From the NCBI GenBank assembly GCA_965644295.1, contig CBFFRP010000017.1, positions 124,001-188,000 on the forward strand: DNA of 64,000 nucleotides, given 5' to 3'. Shown in pieces: positions 12,005-24,285 of this stretch; position 1 is the first letter of the stretch; every line of letters begins with the position of its first letter. Below the pieces are notes generated by a model, which made no database searches, was not told the origin of the DNA, and saw nothing but the letters and a program-made list of their open reading frames with translations. The position numbers were made by a program, and so were the translations under genes. This DNA comes from Paraphysomonas bandaiensis (lineage: Eukaryota > Protista > Chrysophyceae).

Positions 12005-12230
12005 CTGGGTTTTAGAATAACTTTCTGAACTATAATCTCATCCCAAAGGTGCCGATTTTCACACAGAAACATCAACATTTATTTCAATGTGTGTAGGTGT
12101 CATTCGCTTGCAAATATCAGTCACAAACAATCTTTGCTCTGCTGAACAACATCTCACAAACATTGGTAGTACTATACAAATGCTTCATGCAACGATATCG
12201 TGTCGGCAGTTTGATGCGTGCGTTTTAGCG
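12005..12230 (-). mobile_element. Second hAT transposase 3' end, inverted relative to 10480-10519 + 11687-11872
   Basis: TGCTTCATGCAACGATA and AGAATAACTTTCTGAAC are reverse complements of the left arm. ATCGTGTCGGCAGTTTGATGCGTGC matches ~10493-10517. Confidence 0.85.
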
Positions 12231-13411
12231 CTTTTGGTGATCGTCGTCATAATGATCGTCATTGTCAGTTATACTTTTAACTATTCCGTGTTGTGTGTGA
12301 TAGTTATGTTCTGCATTATTATTAAAACTTTTCTACATTACTGTGTTCATCACTTTGCATTTGAGGCGGCTTGTTGGGGTGTTTTAGCATCACCGGTGTG
12401 TAGAAATGTTAATGATAGTGTCTTCCTCTTCCATGTACACAGATGGTCTGAATAGGTAGTAATAATGTAGTGTTAAAGCTCTTCAGCAACTCTTAACTGC
12501 TTATTATTCTCTCTTACTCTCAAAACTCTGTCTAATAATACGTATCTTTCTACCTATATATTATATATAATATTCCGATATATAGATAATTCTAGAATTG
12601 GTTTGCCAGCCATAAATAGCTAGTTTTCTACTTCCAGAAATAATCTCTTAACATTTTGCTACTGTATCTACTTCTATATTACCCTACAGAATAATAACTA
12701 CGTACTACACGTATACTACCATAATACTGGTACGGGTTACCATAAACTTCCGTTACGTCCGTATGTACGGATAGTCCCAGTACAGTCCAACCCTATATCT
12801 AGTCTTAATACTTGTATCTCCTAATCTTATTATATATATAACCATCTTCTACCTCTTATCTCATCATGCTACTACCTCTATACTACTCCATATTTGCTCT
12901 TATACCATAACAGCCTCATAATCCGCCCCTTTCACTACACCCAAATTTGCTACACATTCTAATAATCACAACTTCCATCTAACTATTATTACTAAAAGCT
13001 TTAGTCTGTATTATTGTCAAATGTTAGTATAAAAATATTAATGAAGTACAAAGTATATGCTACAGTAGAGTGCAAACATATAGGAACTACGAAGGTAGGA
13101 AAACCTTGCTACTGTGATGTCCAAGAATTTTTGATGAAAACAGCACACGTGTATAATAATTTTACATGCAGATGTCAAGGGCGACATGGCAATTAATGTC
13201 CGCGAGGTCAACACTTAGGGCCACCCCATATACAAGGCCAAAACTCGACCTACAAGAAAAAATCTCGAGAAATGCAAAACTCGACTTTTGCGAAACTCGA
13301 CTTTTATTTTCTCACCATAATATTATATTATACAAGAATAAAAAGTACTAAAAATTGATCAGTCATATTGCATATATATTACTATATAGATAATCATAAT
13401 AAGCTACAACA

Positions 13412-14700
13412 ATGACCACTGATATCGATCCACTTAAAGAGTTTGAATTAGAGAGAATGAGATCTACGATCTATTCGGAACAAAGGGTCTGAAACTTGGC
13501 ACGCAAGCGAATAAAAGGCTGAAAATATTGACTGAAAAGAAGGAGCTACCCGAGGCATGTGAGACCACCTTAGCCTAGAAGAAGGCAGATAATCTCGCTG
13601 CTTTCGTCATTAACACTATAACGAACTATTTTTAAGCAATTTCGATTTAACGTATGAGAAAGCGAGAACTTCCCGGTTTAATGTAAATTTAAATATAACC
13701 AAGGACCTTCTGAAAGGTATGGTACAGAACAGAGTATGGTCAAACTTTATGAGTATGTCTGAGAATGACATCAACACAATGGTGTCTATTTTAGAAGAAG
13801 AGAACCCTTATGACTTCGATACCCTTGTCAATGTGTATGTAATAGAACAATAGTTATTGATAATTTGGGAATACTTAAAAAGTTGCAAGTATTTATGAAG
13901 GTACTAGTTGGCTAGGAGCAACTGCTGTTTCGCTGCCTCTGACGTCACGTATTTTATTGATCTGCATCATGGATTAAGTGTACCTAAACGACTTAGACTT
14001 ATATTATGACCGATGACTGATAGAGAATTACTTGACAATATTGATGGTTTATTAGATGCATGGATAGATATTTTAAGCAAGTATACTAATAAGTGAATAA
14101 AAGGAGATGAAATAACTTGTTCCGAAAGTTTCCAAAATGCAGCAGATGAGATAATACAGCAGTGAATGTCTGTTATTAGCAATAGGCGTGTAAGAGTCAG
14201 AACTAGTGAAGCAAAACTGAGATAATACAAAGAAACGAAAAATTCCAAGATTTTATTGACGTTAAATTAGAAATGCTTAAATATATTATACATTGACATA
14301 CATGTATATTATTGGACATTGATTCACAGTGCACTAATGGCCTGAAAGGATTGCCTAGCCCCCTGGTCAAGAAATTAATCGAGAGCCTGTCCCTGACTGA
14401 AGCGAATTAGGAGATAGCACGTTAGGATTCTGAGACCATCAGGGGTGGGTATATTTACAGGGCTGTGGAGGCATGGAAGAAATATTGACACATTGGTCCC
14501 TCTGTGACACGCTTCCCTCGTGAAGTATCCACAAAAAGCCGTTATGAAGTGGAATGTACAGAATTGAAGATGTCTTCCCGTCCATAGATGCAGTGACCTC
14601 ACTCCATGGAAGTCGTCTGAGCTCGCTAAAAAGGTCTTATATCTCTGGCTGAGCAAGACCAATTATTCGATATCTACGGCAGCATATTCGCTTCAACAAC
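13412..14700 (+). pseudogene. Decayed ORF of unknown family inside the TIR element
   Basis: Protein-like stretches (NITKDLLKGMVQNRVWSNFMSM; DRELLDNIDGLLDAWIDILSKY) broken by many stops and frameshifts. Confidence 0.5.
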
Positions 14701-14777
14701 ATCACTTTAAGCCATCTTCTGCGAATACAATGTGCCCGGTGCTGAATCAAATCACAATAATATGTTAAATTGTTGTT

Positions 14778-17700
14778 TGTTAGAAATAGACATTTTTAGT
14801 AATAAGACCTTTGTTAACACTTATATGGAATATTATATAATTATAAGAGATACCATACTTCATTCATTGACGTTCACCAACTCTTTCTATCTCTACTACA
14901 CCAACCATTTCTAGTACGATCTTACATCGTCACTATCTTGTACAGTCAGTATATTTCAGTTTTATCACTACAATGGCTATCATATTATTGGTTCTCATAC
15001 TACAGCTAGCTACTACTGTATTCTTTGAGTAACGGATATAATTCTAATATCTTGGAAACTACAGCTTTTAATTGCTCACAAACAGCAAAACTCAACACTC
15101 CCTCTCAATTCAAAGCTGTAACACATGGCATAACTGACGGATACGCAACCACCGAAACCGTATAGGACAAACCGGTGGACGTATGGCTCCGACGTTTCAG
15201 CTAGCCTCTCCGTAGACAACACGTTTATGAGCCTCTGTTTCGTTTGTATGAATTCTCTCTGATGACATCCACAGAAGACTTCTGATCTTCTCCTAGACAT
15301 CTCTTTCTATGCTTCTCGTATATAACGCCACACAAAGATTTCGTAAATATGTCTGCAGTCTGGTTATCAGTTCCAACGTGATACAATATCGCAGTGTTAA
15401 AACGTCCTTCTGGATCTACATGTTCACGCACCCAGTGGTATTTGATTTCAATGTGTTTTGATCTTTTGTGGAACACTGGATTTAATGCTAGATCACGAGC
15501 ACTCTGGCTATCTAAAAAAAATGGAGTGGGTTCGTACAGTCGAAGTCCCAATTCGGCCAACACCCCCCGAAGCCACACCAGTTCTTGCATGCCAGCGTAC
15601 ATAGCTTGGTACTCACTCTGCTGCATTGAAGACGTAGACACAGTAACTTGTAAGATTGATTGCCAGGTGAGTGGTCCACCTGCTGCAAACACAATGTATC
15701 CAGTTGTCGACCTTCGTGACACAGTATCGCCTGCCCAGTCAGCGTCTGTGAAAATATGCATGTCAAAGCTCTTACCACTGAACCGAATACCTTTCCGCAC
15801 AGTACCCCTGATGTATTGTAACAAATAAGTCATCAACTTGCATGTAGCCTTTGTTGGTTTCGAAGCATATCGTGACAATAGGCCAACAGCATACGCAATA
15901 TCTGGACGCGTATTCATTGATAGATATAGCATGGCACCTAGTAAGCTACGATAGGGATAATTGTCGACTCCCTCTTCCTCCTGAGATGAGTTCTCACTAT
16001 CAGTGCAATTAATCCTGTCCATGGCATCTACAGGTAGTGGGGATTTGCGAACTTTGTTTGAAGGTCCAAGGAATGCTGCATATTTGGTGAGAATTTTTTC
16101 AGCGTATGTCGATTGGTCAAGTTGAATATAATTCTTGGTCCTTGTAACTCGAACGTTGAGAAAATGCTCTAATTCTCCCATGTCTGACATGTCAAATCTT
16201 TCACAAAACCGTTTCTTGATTTCTGTCAAAATAGTCAGATCCGCACAAGCGATTACTATATCATCAACGTATATGGTTAAGTACACACGATGACCTTTGT
16301 ACATCATATAATATAGACATGGTTCTAAAATGCAGGGTTTGAATCCCAAAGACTTTATAAATCCATGTATGGTCTTCCACCATGAACGTGGAGAACTCCG
16401 AAGGCCATATAGTGAGCGATATAGTTTGAAACAGTGTCCTGGTGGCAACTGAAAATCGGGAGGAGGGTCCATGTACACGTCTCCTTCGATTTTAGCATAA
16501 CAGAATGCATTCGACACGTCAAGTTGATGGATGTGCATACTAAACATGAAAGCAAGGGCAATGATTAGTCTAACCGTAATCGATTTCACCACAGGAGCAA
16601 ATGTATTTTCGACGTCTATACCTGTCCTTTGACCATATCCCAGAGCGACCAGACGAGCTTTATGCTTTTTTATTGATCCATCTTTATTGTATTTTCGTTT
16701 GAACACATATCTGGACTTTAGAGGTCTAACACCAGGTGGCGTCTCAACGACATTAAACACTTCCCGCTTGAATAATGCATTCCGTTCTAATCGTCTAGCT
16801 TCCTTCCAATTTGAAGCTTCAGGACATGTCAATGACTCTTCATACGTCTCAGGCTCTCTATAAGTAGACGAGTTAGACATAAGTGCGCAATCACTCTCAT
16901 CACACAAGTTAACAATCTCCTCGTCATGGAGAAGGTTTACCTCACCCAGGGTGGACACATTAGTCAACACCCTTCGGATTCGCGTACGTTTACCACTGGT
17001 CTCCCTTGACTCAGCATGTACAGTACCACTATTCTCACTTGGCACACAAGAAGGTACATTCTCAAAGACACGATTCGCGCTGACCCCACTCGGTACAGCA
17101 CCCGCACTACTCTCCGGCAAAGTACGAAGGGACATTCTCTTCCCTGGAATCTCATCCGCCGTAGACTTATTGGGCGTGTCACCCGAAGCCGGCGTAGATG
17201 ACGATCCACCTCTCTTGTCGTCACAAGAACGAGGTTTTGAGTACAGCCTGCGGTTATAGTCACCAGTCAACTCGGCAATATCACGTACGTGAATAGGGAC
17301 TTTTTCTTCTATCTGCTCTTTCCCAGCAGTTACTAGCGCCCTAAACGCCACAATTAGTCCTTTTCGCACCACAACTCTCGTAGTCTTGAAGAGAAACCCG
17401 TCGTCCACATGATACGAACCAATCAGATGTTTAAACTCTTCAACTGATCGATCTAATGGGTCAGTTTTGACTATAAGGCCTCTTCAAGCTCTGCATAGTA
17501 CTCCTTATCTCTTGGAGGTATACTTTCATCATACAGAACATGTACTGATACGACTTCTTTGTCACCAAGCCACACACGGGATCCCTTTTTCGTATTGGAT
17601 AGACCTATGAAATACCCAGTCTGCGACTTCTCCTGCCAGTCCTTTCGACGATCACCTTTGGGAATAAGCACATAAGCCTTGCACCCCCAGCGTCGAAATC

Positions 17701-20143
17701 TCGATAAGTCAGGGACTGAACCTCCTGGGACGCATTCCATTGGAGACATCCAACCTCGATATGTACGTGTAGGCATTCGTCGAACTATCATGCATGCATA
17801 TACATAAGCATCCCACCAAAAAATTACGGGTAATCCTGAGTCCATTAACAGAGCCAGAGTCATTTCTCCCAATGTTCGATTCCTACGCTCAGATACACCA
17901 TTCATCTCAGGGCTGTCTGTGGAGCTCCAAGTGATGCTAGTTCCAAACTTGCTCATTAAGTATTGCTGAATGGACTTGTCGATCAACTCAGCCCCCCCAT
18001 CCGAATGGTACTGTATCAACCGGTGTGAACCGGGATATGTAGGGAGTTTACGCTCAACCCAGTCCTTCACGCAACTCAACACCTCATTCGCAGACCGTGT
18101 CTCCAACGGATATTCCCAAAACTCCTTGGTGGCTATATCTGATAATGTCAGAACATATTTGTATCCTTGTCTGGATGGGCAATTGAAATATACAGCAATG
18201 TCCACAGAAACCTTCTCAAGGAACTCTGTAGCTTGCAGTTCGTCATCTCTCTTTGCGGTGAATGATTTCCTTGTCATCTTTGATTTTGCGCAAGCTTTAC
18301 AAATACCTTTCATTTTTCGTAAACTCTTCTTGCTGAGATGTCGTCGGGTTAATCCGCTCCCGGTAAAAAGTCTGTGTTTAAACGCTTCAATCAGCTTATG
18401 TTTGCTGACGTGTCCACAGCGCTTGTGTAACATCTCTAACGGATCTTCATGCACCTTGTCGGACAAATATACTTCCTCCAGCATTGTCAAATTTGGAAGA
18501 TCAAGTATTTCCTGTAAATTTACATAAGGCATTCCGTTGCTTGAGTAGGTTGCCTCCAATACAGTCTCCCCAGTATCAAGTCGCACAACAGTGGGCTTGT
18601 TCAACAACTGCAATCCATACCCGTGAGAACGGAGTATTCCTCCAGAGCAGATATTCTTGACTGATCCAGGGCAGATCTTGATGTCAGTCCAATCGCCAAA
18701 GCCTCCAGTTTCCTCATAGTGTAAACTGGATCCAGCTCTGGTTGTCTGTATATTTCCATCCTCCTTCTTGACCGTATGAAGGAAATTTCTGTCCTTAACA
18801 ATGAACAGTTTATTAGAGGCACAGCTGTCTAAATACACGGGTTCATCGGAAGTGTGTAGCACCTCTTCAGAGACACATGAATCATCATGCGGTTCCTCAT
18901 ACATAATCATGTTCACAGAGTCCGAATCTTCCTCTTGCTCCTCTCTCCGCAAAAAACGATTCCAATCTGTGCGTTTTGCAGGCTTTTCGTCCAAAAATGG
19001 CCGGTTTTTGTCTCCTTGGGCAGAGTCACTACGTACTTGAGCACGAAATTTGCACTTATACGCACGATGTCTGGTGTCTCCACATACATAGCAGCCATCT
19101 GATTTTTTCTTCTCGTTGTTGTCTCTGCGACTCTCAGATCGATTCCTAGCGCCACGACTCTTTCCCTGCCTTCTTAATTTCGCGATCTTAAGGTCTCTCT
19201 TCTTCTTCCAGCACGATTTCTGTGAGTGACCCCGTTTGCCACATTTGGGATAGCTGCACACCTCATTTTCATCAGCAGTGGAATTCATGTTTACTTCGTC
19301 GGTGCCTTTTTTCGGGACACCTTTTGCCTGATCGTATCTCCTGCATATGGTGATCATATCAATAAAGGTTATGTCACCTTGTAGGTAGAGATTGGTGTAC
19401 AATTGCTCCAAATCGCTTCGTGTTTCGAGGGCAGTCTGTAACTTCGTTTTTTTAGCGATGTCAGTGGGTGGTTCCCCCAACTCGGACATTTTTTGACAGA
19501 TGCCGTTTAGTCGATCGATTGCTGCGCACACGAGTTCCCCCGGTAGAATTTTGAATCCTGCAAACTTCTTATTCAATTCAACTAATTCATATTGGATTTC
19601 CCCTCGAAACCGAACAATTAACCTAGAGATGAGTTCACTCGCTAACTGCTCTTTATCAGGATGGTCCTGCGGGAGCATATCCTTTTCCCGGAAGTACTGA
19701 TCCACGATCTCAAGGGCTTCAGCGACTGGTTGAACAGCTTCAAATATCGAACTGATGCACGTGTCTTTCCTCTCCAGCCACTTGTCCAGATCCTCCTTGT
19801 ACTTATTTCGGACTGTCACTGGCGCATTATTTGCTGGTCTTACTGGACGGTCCTCTAGACCCAGATGGTTCCTGTTCTTCCTCATCAACCACACTTTCAG
19901 ATTCTTTGACCAATTCACTACACCGAACTGATCAAATTTAGGAAGAAGTTTCCACTCCGAACTACCATCCGCTACCATGTTAGAAATAGACATTTTTAGT
20001 AATAAGACCTTTGTTAACACTTATATGGAATATTATATAATTATAAGAGATACCATACTTCATTCATTGACGTTCACCAACTCTTTCTATCTCTACTACA
20101 CCAACCATTTCTAGTACGATCTTACAAACAGCAAAACTCAACA
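14778..20143 (-). mobile_element. Near full-length Ty1/Copia retrotransposon; 3' LTR 14778-15097 (320 bp), 5' LTR 19978-20143 (166 bp)
   Basis: TG...CA termini; TSD TTGTT at 14773-14777 and 20144-20148; PPT GAGAGGGAG; PBS TGGTAGCGGA (tRNA-iMet-like). Shared LTR sequence is identical. Confidence 0.97.
15225..19993 (-). CDS. Copia gag-pol polyprotein, split by one frameshift near 17475
   Basis: Two Zn knuckles, protease YLDSCAS, integrase HHCC and D-D-E (VSVD, YHSDGG, PEMNGVSE), RT YVDD, RNase H DADWAG. Candidate start codons at 19993 (in LTR) and 19978 (LTR/PBS junction). Confidence 0.93.
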
Positions 20144-20318
20144 TTGTTTACATACATCATTCGGTCGAATGTAGGTGAATATCGCCAAAGTCGATAAAAA
20201 AGTCGGTAACCTCATTTTCTTTTAGATCGAGGTTGCCGCGTAAATCTCGAGTTTCTCGAGATTTATTCATGTATGGTACGAAACTGGCCGAGTTTTGGCC
20301 TTGTATGGGGTGAGCCTT

Positions 20319-21646
20319 ATATCACAATATGGCTTGCTTCAAAAACTAGTACAACAATGTAATATATCGAATTCCTACAACAGATGCACTAGTACATCAA
20401 TGTAATATATCAAATTCCTACAACAGATGCAAATGATTGTATAACGTAAGCCGAGTACTAATTGATTATGGAGAAGCAAATACACTGACAAGCAAAGGGC
20501 TAACTAGTTTATTTGAATCCCAATACGTTCTTGATCTCACCGTAGAGAACAAGGACAAGAGCAGACCCAACGGTACGAAGAGCATTGGCACCAGCACCCT
20601 TGAACATAGCGGCAACACCCTCGTCCTTCATAACCTTGGCGAAACAGTCGGCGGTACCCTTGTACATCCACTCGCTCTTGGGCTTCTCGGACTGCATCTG
20701 AAGACGACGACGAACAGTGTCGAATGGGTATGAAGCGTAACCTGCGGTAATGGCTGTGAGCTGAGCAATGCAGAACTTGGAGGCGATTCCAAGAGGGGTG
20801 CTATCGTTCTTGAGAGGGTTCAAGTCGGAGAGAGAATCGTACATGCCGAAGTAGACACCTCTGTAAGGGATAATTCCTGCAACAGAGACGCCGAATCCGT
20901 TGTACAGACCAAAGAACCCACTGGGTCCCTTGGCAGTCTTGATGAGGCAATCAGAGAGACCGTTGAAAGATCTCTTTCCACTGCCAACATCAGAGGCAAG
21001 ACGAGTTCTGGCGTAGTCCAGAGGGTACACAATGCAAAGGGATCCTGCACCAGCAAGACCACCAGAAGCCATGTTGGTCAAAAAGAACATACCAAATTCA
21101 GTCTTGGAGTTGTACTTGGGGAAGAGGGTCTTGATGGTATCTTTGAAGGCAAAGTTGAAAGCCTGAGTGGGAAAGTAACGGATGACGTTGGTGAAGTTTC
21201 CACGCCAGAAAGATGCGATTCCCTGCTCAGATGCCACACGAGTGAAGCAGTTCATGATTCCAGTGTAGCGAGGCACTTCCCCAGAGCGGATCAAGGGGTT
21301 AGAGTCCTGAGTCTGGATAATAAGCTTGACACGCTCAATAGGAGCAGTGCAGGTCTTGGCAATGGCGCCAGAAACACCACCGGCGGCGAAATCCACCAAA
21401 AAGTTGGATTCGGCCTTCTTCTGCTTGGGTTTGCTCTGCTGCTCGGACATCTTCTCTAACAGTTTATTAACTTCGGCTAAAGTAATTATGACTGCTCGCC
21501 AATAGTTCTCAGCTGCCGTCTGTGCGATGAGTAGTTCGATGACGCTCATCTAAGCCACTGAATTGCATAATTCATATCTTCAGTGGACATACGAGTGTTT
21601 CAGTTTCTAGAACATCTGTTTTACGCCTGAGTTGCCGTATGTTCAG
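20319..21646. repeat. Right arm of the inverted duplication
   Basis: Reverse complement of 1-1328; the inner boundary coincides with the TTA TSD at 20317-20319. Confidence 0.97.
20509..21450 (-). CDS. AAC: Mitochondrial ADP/ATP carrier, copy 2
   Basis: Translation identical to copy 1. Confidence 0.97.
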   Translation of the reverse strand: MSEQQSKPKQKKAESNFLVDFAAGGVSGAIAKTCTAPIERVKLIIQTQDSNPLIRSGEVPRYTGIMNCFTRVASEQGIASFWRGNFTNVIRYFPTQAFNFAFKDTIKTLFPKYNSKTEFGMFFLTNMASGGLAGAGSLCIVYPLDYARTRLASDVGSGKRSFNGLSDCLIKTAKGPSGFFGLYNGFGVSVAGIIPYRGVYFGMYDSLSDLNPLKNDSTPLGIASKFCIAQLTAITAGYASYPFDTVRRRLQMQSEKPKSEWMYKGTADCFAKVMKDEGVAAMFKGAGANALRTVGSALVLVLYGEIKNVLGFK

Positions 21647-22007
21647 AGTGTAGACTTGGGCTGAAAATTTCACATACACACCGTATTCCGGTATTCTGTA
21701 TTCCTTTGAATACTTGAAATGTATTTGTATTTGATCCACATGTTTGTCCTGCTACAGTCTGTGTGTATCTGGTATAGGTATACACAGTGCGGCGTGGCGG
21801 TGTGTGTTGCAGTGTGTATGGAAGTTACGTATGCGGAACAGACAGTGAAATTAGAATATGAGCCTCCATCACAACTAACTAACCTGTAGACGCAGTCCGG
21901 TCCAGTCCCTTATGAGGAACCACAATCCGTCATGAGGGCGCACATAACACATCACTAATACCAATCTCATCCTATCCTATCCTATAATAAGAGGGCCCTA
22001 GAGAGGT

Positions 22008-22999
22008 ATGGGGGATGAGAGGGCGAAGGACTACGTCAGCTATCGTCCCAACAGTCAGCAGTATGGATGGTTTGAAGATTTCGAAGTTTCACATGATATA
22101 CACGAGTCGTTTACGGTTGAAGACAGTGGCGTAACAGTGAGTGTGGATGAAGAGCCTGTTCGTCGAGCTCTGTCTCTTCCGCCTCCAGCCACAGACCCCC
22201 CTGTATATATACTAGAATCAACACTAGACTCACAGCACTTGTGGTACACGACTGCCGGTACACGCCCACGGCAGCCAATTGAAGAGAAAAAATTTTATGA
22301 ACAACAATGGCGAAAAAATTTTGCAGAGTCGAAAGTAATATATGCCGATGACGCAACAGCCACAGATGCTGAACCGAGAGAAAACTTAAAAAATTTGCAG
22401 ATTGAGTTCAATGAAGATGTCTTATTCCGCGGACGAGGTCCATTCTCCAATGCCGTGTCGAAGTCTTTCATGGGACACTGCCTTTCATGTCTTACTGTGC
22501 AGGTATTCATTATTCTCAATTCGGATCATACTTTGGTGATATTTTATTAGATTCCACGATTTAAAATAGTTCGGAGCCGAGAGCAACGCGAAGGCTACCA
22601 TGCACAGTTTTTAGTGGCTGTGTCAATTGGGAGTGTGACACATGGGGTGTGGCGGCGACATTCTCATTTTAAGGCTCTCAGTGAAAAGGTATATGGTACA
22701 ACATGGGTAAGTGTGTGTAACAGATGTATGCTGTAGTTATGCCAGATCAGTTCCACTGCTGGAGGCGGTTCATATAAAAATTCAATGCTCTCTTGGCAGT
22801 GTGTGGTCAATCGACAGAAGTGGTTTAGGTGCCTTGATAAGGTACGCACGTGATCTGATATTGTATATATTTAACCGCACTTGTAATGCAGCAATACGTG
22901 TCATTGAAATGCTTCCTTCTTGAGAGATTCATGCACGACGTGCTTTTTGAGTCTTCTACGCCTGATATAATTATAGACTTCCTCGGACTTTCGACTTAG
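22008..22999 (+). CDS. Protein with C-terminal PX-like domain, 4 exons, ~278 aa
   Basis: Exons 22008-22502, 22551-22688, 22746-22841, 22892-22999 splice in frame. HAQFLVAV...VWRRHSHFKAL...LERFMHDVL...IIDFL follows the PX pattern. Confidence 0.75.
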
Positions 23000-24039
23000 A
23001 GTCGCCTGATGTGCATCCATCGTTTAAGGCAACCCTGTTGTAGTGTCCTTTTCAAATCACTGGTCAGTTCTGTATGCGGTGTGCAATTGGCGGCAAGTGA
23101 ATTGCATAGGGAATTGTATAGTTTTTTGTTACATATTATTACACTTTGGTTAGCATTTGCCGCAGAGCAGGAGTAGTATAACATGCCTACCGTGGTGATA
23201 TCAAAGAATATGCGGTGAAATATTTTTTGTGGTCCATAATAGAAAATAATTAAGAGTTCGTATTGTTTGCATACGGCACAATGAATATGGAATATGTGTG
23301 ATATTCAAACGCTGGTCAGGCTACTAATGGTATACACGTATATACCTTCGCAACTATTTCTCGCAATTCTCACTCGGGGCCTCTGTTCGTGAGTGTAGTG
23401 CAGAGTGTTGTACGTTTTAATACGTTGATATTAATAACTCATACTTATCCACCACATACGTTAGTGTGGTAACTGTGCATAAATAAAATGTCACAATATT
23501 ATATACATTATATCTAAATAAATCTTGGGTTCGAAGAACGCTCATATTAGCATCGGGTAAATATAGACATTCATCTTCAATATTCGGTTAAATAGAAACT
23601 CCCTTCTATCATATTTTATGGAATATGGAAAATGGACAGTCCTTTGTCATTTGTATGAAATTTCATTGAATTAAGCACAATAATGAGCCAACGTTCTAAA
23701 TCAGATTATAAAACACTTCTTGTAGCAATGTTCTATCGTTTGTTTGATGTAGAATATTATAATGATGCCAGTGGAAGCGTTCTACATTCATAGCGAACAT
23801 AACTGCAGAAAAGTTCTTATGCCATCCTCAACAAAGTTGGACTAGCACCTTTTCGTGGTGTTCTGGGGGATAAGTACTGGAGGCATTTCTCCGGGAAACT
23901 AACGTGAGCATAATATATAGTCAGCAGAGATGTTCTGCTTGTGTGATGCAAGGGCCACTAATACGTCTTTTGGCTCTGACGAATAAACAGGCATCTAGGA
24001 ATGGGGCCGTCTCAAGGATAGCCGGTGTATTAGACTGTT

Positions 24040-24285
24040 TCGTAAAGTCAAGCATTCGGGCTTGTTCACCTCAAGGACTCAAAAATCCTGAAGTCAGCAG
24101 ATATATCACCATTCTGCTAGCTCACTGCGTTTGCTTTGAGTGATAGAGCGAAAGTGGTTTTACCTTGGTGCTCGCGGTGATGCACAAGCAGCTCTCGTAA
24201 TGTGAAATCGTAGGATATCAGAGTTAAGCACACTAGTTAACTAGCTCTGACTTTTAAACGCCTATTATTGCTAATAATAAGACAC
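24040..24285 (+). mobile_element. Diverged copy of the LINE-like 3' end family
   Basis: CCTTGGTGCTCGCGGTGATGCACAAGCAGCT...GTAGGATAT...TGCTAATAATAAGAC matches the minus strand of the 46.6-kb and 63-kb copies. Left boundary approximate. Confidence 0.7.

Larger units (their letters stand above)
13218..20316. mobile_element. PIF/Harbinger-like TIR element with TTA TSD, carrying a nested Copia
   Basis: Left TTA|GGGCCACCCCATATACAAGGCCAAAACTCG; right CGAGTTTTGGCCTTGTATGGGGTGAGCC|TTA. The empty site is visible in the paralogous flank near 1328. Confidence 0.85.

Noticed and set aside
12470-12970. Strand-biased AT-rich segment resembling a solo LTR
   Set aside because: No TSD or partner copy found in the window.
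24105-24160. Hammerhead-like CTGCTAGCTC...GAGCGAAA
   Set aside because: The CUGAUGA core is not matched and the motif is absent from the other family copies.
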